From assembly GCA_037446215.1 (NCBI GenBank), contig JBBIJB010000054.1, forward strand, positions 1 through 15,959: DNA of 15,959 nt, given 5' to 3'. Position 1 is the stretch's first letter; every line of letters starts with the position of its first letter. The translations under genes and the position numbers were made by a program. The notes beneath the pieces were generated by a model, which saw only the letters and a list, made by a program, of their open reading frames with translations, searched no databases and was not told where the DNA came from. The DNA comes from Armatimonadota bacterium. Its GTDB lineage: Bacteria > Sysuimicrobiota > Sysuimicrobiia > Sysuimicrobiales > Humicultoraceae. Positions 8,594 through 15,959 of the stretch are shown piece after piece.

Positions 8594-8623
8594 ACGTTAG
8601 CACCGGGCCGAGAAGGGGGTCAA
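8594..8623 (-). promoter_or_regulatory. Sigma70-type promoter for the moxR operon
   Basis: Minus strand reads TTGACC (8623-8618), an 18-nt spacer ending in TGC, then TAACGT (8599-8594), i.e. a -35 plus an extended -10. Confidence 0.55.
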
Positions 8624-8651
8624 GGCGACGGGCGCCGAATCACTACGGGTC

Positions 8652-9533
8652 ATGATAGGGCATAAGGCAGCGAGGCGCCTCAGCGCACTGCTCACGGTCC
8701 TGGCAGCGGCGGCGCTGGCGTCGCCACAGTGGGGGCTCTGGCCGGTGGGAGGGACGCGGGCCAGCGCGGGGGCGGCCGACTCCACCGTCATCGTGCCGGG
8801 TCAGTCGCTCGGAGCTGTCCGGTTGGGCATGCCGTCTAGGTCGCTGCAGCAGATGTCGGGCTGGGGCCAGCCCGACTCGTCCAATGCCTCAGGCACGATA
8901 GTCTACATGGCCTACGCGAGGCAGGGCATCACGGTGGCGATCCGCGACGACCAGGTGGTCATGGCGCTGACTTCCAGCGAGCGCTACCGCACCGAGCGGG
9001 GGGTCGCGGTGGGGCGGCCCCTGTCGGCCGCGGTCGCGACCCACGGCCAGGCCCCGCCCTCGGGCGATGATCGCCTGGTCTGGTATGACAGCATCGGATT
9101 GGTGCTGGGGATCGGGAGCGGCACGATAATCCGAATAGGGGTGTTCGACCCCAAGAACTTCGTCCGCGCGATACTGGCGGATGAGCGGCCGGCGCGGGAC
9201 GTCTTCCTGACGGCCGCTCCCCCGAAGCTGGGGCCGGTCCAGGGGACGGGCGCCTCGGCGGTGCGCGAGGCCTCGGTGACCGTCACGCTGCGGAACCTGA
9301 GCCGCTCCTCGAAGGTATTGAACCCGAACTTCTTCGCGCTGGTCGACCGGGAGGGGCAGGTCCACCGGTACGACAAGGCGACCTTCCGGCTCGACGACGC
9401 GTGTCGATCGACGGTAACCGTCAGGGTTGGGGCGTCGGCCTCTTGCACGCTGCTGTTCGTCCTGCCCGCGGGACGCGCGCCACGCTCTATCTCGTTCGAC
9501 GACGGCGCCAGCGCGGACCAGCACTTCTTCTAG
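8652..9533 (+). CDS. Secreted hypothetical protein with an N-terminal internal repeat and a C-terminal DUF4352-like beta-sandwich
   Basis: Signal-peptide-like N-terminus (basic residues, then hydrophobic, then ASA); IVPGQSLGAVRLGM domain; C-terminal VTVTLRN..LNPNFFALVDREG...LLFVLP resembles DUF4352. Confidence 0.65.
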   Translation: MIGHKAARRLSALLTVLAAAALASPQWGLWPVGGTRASAGAADSTVIVPGQSLGAVRLGMPSRSLQQMSGWGQPDSSNASGTIVYMAYARQGITVAIRDDQVVMALTSSERYRTERGVAVGRPLSAAVATHGQAPPSGDDRLVWYDSIGLVLGIGSGTIIRIGVFDPKNFVRAILADERPARDVFLTAAPPKLGPVQGTGASAVREASVTVTLRNLSRSSKVLNPNFFALVDREGQVHRYDKATFRLDDACRSTVTVRVGASASCTLLFVLPAGRAPRSISFDDGASADQHFF

Positions 9534-9943
9534 CCCTCGACCACCACCTCGTAGGAGAGCTCCGCGGCCTTGCCCAGCATCGCGACGACCGAGCAGTACT
9601 TCTCCTGCGACAGCGAGACGGCCTTGCGCACCTGCTCCTCGGCCAGCCCCGGGCCTGAGGCGATGTAGCGCATCCGGACGGCCGTGAAGACCTTGGGGTG
9701 ATCGGCGGCGCGGTCGGCGTCGACCTCGATCCGCAGCTTCTCGATCGGCGCGCGCATCTTATTGAGAATGCTTATCACATCCATGCCGCTGCAGCCGGCC
9801 GCGGCCATCAGGACCGCCTCCATCGGGGAAGGGCCGGCGCCGCTGCCGCCGTGCTTTGGGGAGGCGTCCATCGTCAGGGTGACCCCCTCCGGGTTCACCC
9901 CTTCGAAGCGCATGCTGGGCTTCCAGTCAACGTTGACCTTCAT
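9530..9943 (-). CDS. OsmC/Ohr family protein (YhfA-like)
   Basis: GPSPMEAVLMAAAGCSGMDV and SQEKYCSV contain the two conserved cysteines; HPKVFT motif. ATGA overlap with the upstream peptidase. Confidence 0.92.
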   Translation of the reverse strand: MKVNVDWKPSMRFEGVNPEGVTLTMDASPKHGGSGAGPSPMEAVLMAAAGCSGMDVISILNKMRAPIEKLRIEVDADRAADHPKVFTAVRMRYIASGPGLAEEQVRKAVSLSQEKYCSVVAMLGKAAELSYEVVVEG

Positions 9944-11364
9944 CGCCTGTCGTCTCCCCTCTCTCGACTGCCTTGCGACCTGGAAGGCCTCGGCAGAGCG
10001 CCCTGCGCGTCTGCCTCCGCCAGGGCGCTGAACACCTCGGCGCTGGCGTGTATTCCGTCGAAGAACCTCTCGAGACTCAGGTTCTCGTTGGGGCTATGGT
10101 TGTTCTCGTCGGCGTTCGCGTAGGGAGCGCCGATGTGGTCGACCCCGAGGACATCAGGCCAGACGGCGTTGGGCAGGCTGCCGCCGCCCGAGAGGTTGAC
10201 GAAGGGTGCTACGCCCCGCGCCTTTTGGATGGCCGCGGCGACCACGCCGACGGCCGGATGGTCCGGGGACGTACGGCTGGCCTCCATCGAGCCGAAACCG
10301 CGCTCGATCACCTGGATCCTGGGATCCACCCCGGCCACGTGTGCCTCTACCTTCCGGAGGATGTCCCGGGTCTTCTGATCCACGACCAGGCGGATGTCTA
10401 TCCGGCACTCCGCCCTCGACGGGATGATCGTCTTCGAGCCGGGCCCGACGTATCCGCTGATGAAGCCGTTGATGTTGAAGTAGGGCTCGAGCATGATTCG
10501 ACGCCAGTAGGTAGGGCCATCTATCGTGAGGTTGTCCATCCCCATCGTCGCCGCGAACTCGCGTGGATCGTACTCCATCCCCGCGAGGAGCCGCTCCTCG
10601 GTAGGGCCGATCGGCCGCACGCCGTCGTAGAACCCCTCGATGAGTACCCGTCCCGATGGATCCACCATCGTCGAGAGCAGGTGGACGAGCATCCAGACCG
10701 GGTTGGGGGCGACGCCGCCCTTGTTGCCCGAGTGGTTGTCACGGTCTGCGCCCTGCGCGACCAGGGTGATGCCCAGTATTCCGCGGTTGCCCAGCGAGAC
10801 CACGGGCGCGCCGGTCGGGTGCAGCCCGCCGTCCGAGACGTAGACGAGGTCGGCGGCAAGCTTCTCCCTGTGCAGCCCGACGAACTCGCGGAGGTAGCCG
10901 GATCCCGACTCCTCCTCTCCCTCGAACACGAACTTGAGGTTGACCGGCGGGCCGCCCTCGGCGTCCATCCAGGCCTTGGCGGCGAGCACGTGCGCGATCA
11001 ACTGCCCCTTGTTGTCGCCGGTACCGCGGCCGTAGAGGCGTCCGTCGCGGACGGTAGGCTCGAAAGGAGGGCTCTCCCACAGCTCAAGCGGCTCGGGCGG
11101 CTGCACATCGTAGTGGCCGTAGCAGAGCAGCGTGTAGGCACTCGGGTCCTTGATGATCTCCCCGTAGACGATCGGCTGGGTCGGCGTCTCCATCACCTCG
11201 GAGGAGATCCCGAGGTCGCGCATGATCCCCGAGAGCAGGGAGGCGCACTCCCCCACGCCCTTGTCCTGGGCGCTGATGCTGGGCTGTCTAACGAGGTCCT
11301 TCAGTATCTCCAGCGATCTCTCGCGGTGGTCATCGACACGGCGGTGCACACGATCTGTGGACAT
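9940..11364 (-). CDS. M20/M25/M40 family metallo-hydrolase (dipeptidase-like)
   Basis: Metal-binding and catalytic motifs YGHYDVQP, GRGTGDNKG, EGEEESGS, YVSDG and NNHSPNE. Start placed at ATG 11364 (MSTDRV) with AGGAG 8 nt upstream. Confidence 0.92.
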   Translation of the reverse strand: MSTDRVHRRVDDHRERSLEILKDLVRQPSISAQDKGVGECASLLSGIMRDLGISSEVMETPTQPIVYGEIIKDPSAYTLLCYGHYDVQPPEPLELWESPPFEPTVRDGRLYGRGTGDNKGQLIAHVLAAKAWMDAEGGPPVNLKFVFEGEEESGSGYLREFVGLHREKLAADLVYVSDGGLHPTGAPVVSLGNRGILGITLVAQGADRDNHSGNKGGVAPNPVWMLVHLLSTMVDPSGRVLIEGFYDGVRPIGPTEERLLAGMEYDPREFAATMGMDNLTIDGPTYWRRIMLEPYFNINGFISGYVGPGSKTIIPSRAECRIDIRLVVDQKTRDILRKVEAHVAGVDPRIQVIERGFGSMEASRTSPDHPAVGVVAAAIQKARGVAPFVNLSGGGSLPNAVWPDVLGVDHIGAPYANADENNHSPNENLSLERFFDGIHASAEVFSALAEADAQGALPRPSRSQGSRERGDDRR

Positions 11365-11453
11365 CGGATGCGCTCCTCTCTCTGCTGTCGGGAGTCGTCC
11401 CAACCGCCGCTGAGTCATCTAGACTCCACTCAGCGCGTGGAGTTCGGCAAGAC

Positions 11454-12629
11454 TCAACTCCATCCCTTGCGGCCGAAGACCGAGGCCGGAACGCAGACAC
11501 TGCCTTCCATCAGTCGGCGCGCCGTCCGAAAAGCGACCCCCTTCTCGCACGTCCATCCTCCAGGCCGGCGCGTGACACGTGCGCCAACGGGCATTACCCC
11601 GCTGGGATGCCCTATGCTCAGCTGCTGTTCGGGCTCACCGTCTTCCAGCCGCGCCACGGAGTTGACCACGCTCCCCTCGACGAGCGCAGCCGCCGCCGTG
11701 GCAATGGCGCCGGTGATGGCATAGGTACGGTGCAGGGTTCCCATCGTCATGATGCGAGCGACAAGCGAGATCGCCCCACCGTCCACCTGCTCGCCTCTGG
11801 AGGAGTTGTAGTCCGACGGCGGCGAAACGAAAGCGACCTTGGGGGTGCCCGGCCTGCTCTTCGTGGCTTCGTCCGGCGAAGAGGCAAGACCCATCGCGAC
11901 CGCGCCGTGACTGCGAACCAGCTCGATGGTGCGAAGGATCTGCGGGGCGCCGTCGATTTGCTCGCTCAGCTCCGCGCCGCGCAGGCCGATCTCTTCCGCC
12001 CGCACGAAGACGACGGGATTGGCAGCGTCTGCCAGGGTAACCTGAACCCGGCCCAAGCCCGGAACCTCCAGCTCATCCGTGGGGTTCCCTGTGGGCAAGA
12101 AGCCGCGCGCGCACGAGCCCCCGGGATCCAGGAACTCCAGGCGGACCATCGCGCCGGCAAAGGGGACGCCGTCTATGATGAACTCCCCCTCCACTTCAGG
12201 GTGCCCGCTGGTCGTCGGCACATGGGCGACTATGCGCTTGCACGTGTTGACCTGCCAGATGCGCACCCGCGTCACCGGGTCGCTACCCGCTACCAGACCT
12301 TCCTCAATCGCGAACGGCCCCACGGCCGCGGCCATGTTGCCGCAGCTCCCGGTGTAGTCAACGAGAGGCCGCCTGATGTCCACCTGCCCGAAGAAGTAGT
12401 CCACATCGCATCCGTCCTGGGCGGAGGGCCCGATGATCGCGACCTTGCTGGTCACGGAGGTCGCCCCCCCCACCCCGTCGATCTGTCTTCCGTAGGAGTC
12501 GGGGCTACCGTATGCGCGCAGGATAACGCTGTCCATCGGCTCTCCAGGTGAGGGGAGCGCATCCCTGTGGAAGAAGATGCCCCGGCTTGTGCCGCCACGC
12601 ATCAACACCGCCGGGATGCGGATCTGCAT
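11454..12629 (-). CDS. PrpF-family isomerase (2-methylaconitate / methylitaconate / oxalomesaconate isomerase superfamily)
   Basis: MRGGTSRG, QIDGVGGATSVTSKV, GSCGNM (catalytic Cys), LPTGN, DAANP, HPSG and RTARRLMEG. Start at ATG 12629 (MQIRIP) with GGGGGAG upstream. Confidence 0.92.
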   Translation of the reverse strand: MQIRIPAVLMRGGTSRGIFFHRDALPSPGEPMDSVILRAYGSPDSYGRQIDGVGGATSVTSKVAIIGPSAQDGCDVDYFFGQVDIRRPLVDYTGSCGNMAAAVGPFAIEEGLVAGSDPVTRVRIWQVNTCKRIVAHVPTTSGHPEVEGEFIIDGVPFAGAMVRLEFLDPGGSCARGFLPTGNPTDELEVPGLGRVQVTLADAANPVVFVRAEEIGLRGAELSEQIDGAPQILRTIELVRSHGAVAMGLASSPDEATKSRPGTPKVAFVSPPSDYNSSRGEQVDGGAISLVARIMTMGTLHRTYAITGAIATAAAALVEGSVVNSVARLEDGEPEQQLSIGHPSGVMPVGARVTRRPGGWTCEKGVAFRTARRLMEGSVCVPASVFGRKGWS

Positions 12630-12640
12630 TGGGCTCCCCC

Positions 12641-14593
12641 CTATGGCCACTTCAACCCCAGCACGTTGTCTCCCAGGAACCACAGCGAGCCGATGGCAAC
12701 GGCGGTGTACAGAACGGCCTTGACCGGAGCCATCCGGGCAACCACGAGCAGCGCAGCAAGCATGTACAGCGCCGTGGCGGCGCGGAATCCAAGCACGCTG
12801 ATCAGGGCCGCGCAGGCGACGATACCCCCCAGGTGCGCTATGGCCCTGCCAGCGCGCCTCTTCCGCTCCAGGGGATCGGTCGCGGCGGGATCCTCGTCCG
12901 CCTCGTCATCATCCGCCTCAGTCGCACGCCCCCGCGACTCCTGGAACACCTGTGCCAGGACCACCAACAGTCCGGGGATCGCCACGGCCCAAGGCAGCAG
13001 CCGCGCCGCCGGCTGGTAGCGGTTCGCCTCCACCACTGCGCCGGCAAACAGGACGGCGAACAGCACGCCCACCAACGTAGGAAGCCGCCGGCGTTGCGGG
13101 GCGCTGGTCTGGCTGGTCGCAGGAACGGCACGATCCCGCCGGCGCCGGAGGAAGCCCCACGCGAACGGCGCAACGAGCAGCACGCCGAAGACGACGACCC
13201 AGGGCCGCAGCAGCCAGGTGTAGCCCTCGTAGAGGTTTAGGGTGAGCCAGAAATACCTCTCCATGGGCAGCGCCAGCACGTACCCGATGAGCAGTGGTGC
13301 GCGCGGCCAGCCAGTCTGCTTCATCCCCCAGCCGAAGAGACCCAGCAGGAGTAGCAGCCAGATCTCGCCCATCGCGTTCGAAACCTGGTAGGCACCCAGC
13401 AGCATGGTCAGCAGGACCGGGGGCGCGATGTAGGAGAAAGGCAACCGGGTCAGCCTGGCCAGCGACGGACTCAGCAGGAAGCACAGCCCGGCTCCGACAG
13501 CGCTGGAGAACGCGAACGACCAGACGATCACATACATCAGATCGAGGTGGTCGGTCACGAAGCGCGGACCGGGCAGGATGCCGTATCGCAGCAACGCGCC
13601 CACCATCAGCGCCGCGGTGGCGCTGCCCGGGACGCTGAACAGCAGTGTTGGGATCAGGTCTCCTGCCATGACCGAGTTGTTGGAGGCCTCAGCGGCGATC
13701 AGCCCGCGGATGTCGCCCTTGCCGAAGTTCTCCTTGTCCTTGGCCGTGGCCACCGCCTGCCCGTAGGCCATCATCGAGCCCGCGGTGGCACCCAGCGCCG
13801 GGAGGATACCCACCCACATTCCGACCAGCGAGCCGCGCACAACAAGCCAGCGGTGCCGAATCACGTCACGCACACCCTCGGCCCACCCAGTACCGAGGTC
13901 GATCCGCTGGCTGATGCCGCCACCCCTGGATAGGATTGAGATCATCTCTGCGATCCCAAAGAGGCCGAGGGCCACTATCACAACGTTGAACCCGTCGGCC
14001 AGGAACATCTGGCCGAAGGTGAACCTCAGTTCGGCAACCGCCGGGGTAGGGCCCACGGTCCCCAACAGCAATCCAAACAGGCCCGCGGCGATCCCCTTCA
14101 GCGGCGCCTTGCCGAGCAGGCCGCCGGCAAACGACACTCCCAGCGCACAAAGCATGAAAAGCTCTGGGGACCCGAAGGTCAGCACCAGGGGGCGCGCGAT
14201 GGGGATCGAAAGCGTGAGCCCAATCGCTCCTATGATCCCGCCGATGAGTGAGGCAAGATAGGCTGCGGAGAGAGCCCGCGCGGCTTGACCTCTCCTAGCC
14301 AGCGGATGCCCCTCAAGCGCCGATGGCGTGGAGGAGGCCGAGCCAGGCGCACCGAGTAGGACAGAGGTGATGGTGTCCGAGGTATGCACGACCGCAACGG
14401 CACCGGTCATGGTGGCGAGCGCGGCCATGGCGTCGAGCTTATAGATGAAGGGCAGCATGATGCTGACTGCCACGATCCCGCCCAGTCCCGGGAGGATGCC
14501 CACCAGGATCCCGGCGCAGATCCCAAGCATCATCAAGCCCAGGCGTACTGGATCCAAGAAGATAGCCGCGGCCGCGGCAATCGCCTCTGCCAT
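12641..14593 (-). CDS. tctA: Tripartite tricarboxylate transporter permease TctA with fused C-terminal TctB-like domain
   Basis: GILVGILPGLG, LLGAPG, EGHPLARRG, GILPALG, FGKG..G..AAEASNN, LFSVPG and PRAPLLIGYVL are TctA features (about 480 aa). The last ~150 aa carry about 4 TM segments ending in LGLKWP, like TctB. Confidence 0.88.
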   Translation of the reverse strand: MAEAIAAAAAIFLDPVRLGLMMLGICAGILVGILPGLGGIVAVSIMLPFIYKLDAMAALATMTGAVAVVHTSDTITSVLLGAPGSASSTPSALEGHPLARRGQAARALSAAYLASLIGGIIGAIGLTLSIPIARPLVLTFGSPELFMLCALGVSFAGGLLGKAPLKGIAAGLFGLLLGTVGPTPAVAELRFTFGQMFLADGFNVVIVALGLFGIAEMISILSRGGGISQRIDLGTGWAEGVRDVIRHRWLVVRGSLVGMWVGILPALGATAGSMMAYGQAVATAKDKENFGKGDIRGLIAAEASNNSVMAGDLIPTLLFSVPGSATAALMVGALLRYGILPGPRFVTDHLDLMYVIVWSFAFSSAVGAGLCFLLSPSLARLTRLPFSYIAPPVLLTMLLGAYQVSNAMGEIWLLLLLGLFGWGMKQTGWPRAPLLIGYVLALPMERYFWLTLNLYEGYTWLLRPWVVVFGVLLVAPFAWGFLRRRRDRAVPATSQTSAPQRRRLPTLVGVLFAVLFAGAVVEANRYQPAARLLPWAVAIPGLLVVLAQVFQESRGRATEADDDEADEDPAATDPLERKRRAGRAIAHLGGIVACAALISVLGFRAATALYMLAALLVVARMAPVKAVLYTAVAIGSLWFLGDNVLGLKWP

Positions 14594-14617
14594 CGGGATG
14601 GTCTCTTTGGCTTTGCC

Positions 14618-15748
14618 CTAGATCACAACGTTGAACTTCGTACGCAGTAGGTTCAGTATGTACTGCCGCACGTCCAGGGTGATGTTCAGCGACCGCAGAA
14701 CGGTCGCCTCGGCAAGATCCCCCCTGGTCACCGGGTAGCCCTCCAGGACAACCTTGGCCTGCTGCTGGAACGCGGGATCACGCTGCATGCGGTCGACGGC
14801 CTCGCGAAGCGCGCGGATCGCATCCTCAGGGGTGCCCTCCGGTACCCAGAAGGTCTTCTGGAAGGAGAACCCGGCGGAGAGGATAGACCGAAAGGCCTTG
14901 TAGCGAATGTAGCCGTCCGGCTTGTTCTTGTGGAGGATCTGGAAGGCCTCGTACACCGTCGGCAGGTCGGGGAACCCTGGATCGCGGACGATCTGCCCGC
15001 GCTCGTTGAGCTGGCCCAGCGAGAAGATGGGTACCGCCTTGCCTTCTCTGACCATAGGGCCCACCTGAGAGGAGAACGCCGGCGTCGTCTGGTGGTCGAT
15101 GCTGATCTCGCCGCGCTCGAAGGCCAGGCGTACCGGTCCGCGTCCCTCGAAGCCGAAGACCGCCTTGACGTCCATGCCGAGCACCTCGTAGGCGAGCAGC
15201 GTGGTGAGGTCGACCGAGGTGGGGCTTATGCTGCCGTAGACAAGCCGCTCCTGCGGCTTGAGGAGGTCCCCGACCTTGCGGATCCCGGTGCGGGGTGAGA
15301 CATATACGGCGCCGCCTACCCCGTTCACCTTTATGAGCTTCCATTTCCGGAAGTCATACTGCACCTGAGGCACGCCCAGGATGAACGGTATCTTGTTAGA
15401 GCCGGATGCCGCGATGATCATCAAGCCGTCGTTCTTGGCGTTGTTCCAGTACCAGTTCGCGCCGGTAACGCCCCCGCCGCCGGCCATGTTCCTGACCACA
15501 ACCCGTGGGTTGCCGGGCGTGTGCTTCTCGAAGAAGGAAGCGAAGAACCGTGCGTCCAGGTCGGTGCCGCCGCCGGGGGCAAAGGTGACCAGCAACTCGA
15601 TGGTCTTGCCCGCGTAGAACGGGGGCTGTGCCTGCCCCTCGGGAGGGATCGCAGCCAGGGTGCTCAGCATCAAGATGAGCGTAACACCGAGCACGGCTTG
15701 TCTGCGGGTGCTTGCGGCCGCGGGCGGGCCGATCAAAGACAATCCCAT
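14618..15748 (-). CDS. tctC: Tripartite tricarboxylate transporter substrate-binding protein (TctC/Bug family)
   Basis: Signal peptide (TRRQAVL, possibly Tat-like), FYAGKTIELLVTFAPGGGTD, VRNMAGGGG, DG motif, PDLPT and PEGTP. SD AGGAGG 6 nt upstream of the ATG. Confidence 0.88.
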   Translation of the reverse strand: MGLSLIGPPAAASTRRQAVLGVTLILMLSTLAAIPPEGQAQPPFYAGKTIELLVTFAPGGGTDLDARFFASFFEKHTPGNPRVVVRNMAGGGGVTGANWYWNNAKNDGLMIIAASGSNKIPFILGVPQVQYDFRKWKLIKVNGVGGAVYVSPRTGIRKVGDLLKPQERLVYGSISPTSVDLTTLLAYEVLGMDVKAVFGFEGRGPVRLAFERGEISIDHQTTPAFSSQVGPMVREGKAVPIFSLGQLNERGQIVRDPGFPDLPTVYEAFQILHKNKPDGYIRYKAFRSILSAGFSFQKTFWVPEGTPEDAIRALREAVDRMQRDPAFQQQAKVVLEGYPVTRGDLAEATVLRSLNITLDVRQYILNLLRTKFNVVI

Positions 15749-15752
15749 GCCA

Positions 15753-15959
15753 CACCTCCTGGACCTTCAGGCCGTCGTCCAGGACCGCCTTGATCCGGAG
15801 GTCGTAAGTCCCCTCCTGCTTCCCGTGCTCGCCGCAGACCCCTTTCGTCAGCATCCTCCTGCAGATGGGGCAGCGCTTGATGAGCCCCGACCCCTTCTGG
15901 ACGTCCACGATCGCTCCCGTGAACTTCGCCTCCTGGGGGCTGACCTCGATCGCCTCTTC
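15753..15959 (-). pseudogene. rpa: Truncated internal fragment of euryarchaeal replication protein A (zinc-finger RPA); open at the window edge and broken at ~15753
   Basis: The frame is open from the edge and reads EEAIEVSPQEAKFTGAIVDVQKGSGLIKRCPICRRMLTKGVCGEHGKQEGTYDLRIKAVLDDGLKVQEV. It contains CX2CX8CX2H (15872-15825) flanked by GSGLIKRCP and DLRIKAVLDDG, recalled as characteristic of methanogen/haloarchaeal RPA. After VQEV the frame runs out of frame into tctC. Confidence 0.8.

Noticed and set aside
347..12551. Long antisense or alternate-frame ORFs (347-1498, 1885-3123, 6297-7550, 7357-8460, 9973-11724, 11607-12551 and others)
   Set aside because: They are shadows of well-supported genes in high-GC DNA, are rich in Arg/Pro/Gly or show antisense-codon composition, and have no recognisable motifs.
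11365..12683. Longer ORF-track starts for the peptidase (11418) and PrpF (12683); likewise DUF58 (7490)
   Set aside because: Downstream ATGs have well-spaced SD motifs. The longer PrpF and DUF58 starts would also overlap upstream genes.
15396..15908. 170-aa ORF as a complete standalone gene
   Set aside because: The frame is open to the window edge, so GTG 15908 is internal. Only the part to ~15753 is RPA-like; the remainder is out-of-frame read-through over tctC.
1..15959. CRISPR array, transposase, integrase or defence system
   Set aside because: No regularly spaced repeats or mobile-element/defence protein motifs were seen. The MoxR-DUF58-VWA set is the common chaperone-type arrangement.

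Overview
High-GC, gene-dense bacterial-type DNA in four blocks. (1) Plus strand, 65-4273: a large divergent transaldolase-family gene, translationally coupled to a UxaE tagaturonate/fructuronate epimerase and followed by an amidase-signature enzyme. (2) Minus strand, 4292-8472: tRNA-Arg(TCT) downstream of a MoxR AAA+ / DUF58 / VWA / VWA operon. (3) A divergently transcribed secreted protein, 8652-9533. (4) Minus strand, 9530-15748: a tripartite tricarboxylate transporter (TctC plus a TctA-TctB fusion), a PrpF-family isomerase, an M20 metallopeptidase and an OsmC-family protein. The most striking anomaly is at the right edge. About 207 bp (15753-15959) encode an internal fragment of a euryarchaeal-type replication protein A with a CX2CX8CX2H zinc finger. 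The fragment breaks off exactly at the AGGAGGTG Shine-Dalgarno of the bacterial tctC gene, which points to an archaeal/bacterial junction (assembly or library chimera, or a real cross-domain recombination). The most interesting biochemical lead is the non-canonical transaldolase coupled to UxaE. All family calls come from motif recognition by eye; no database searches were run.
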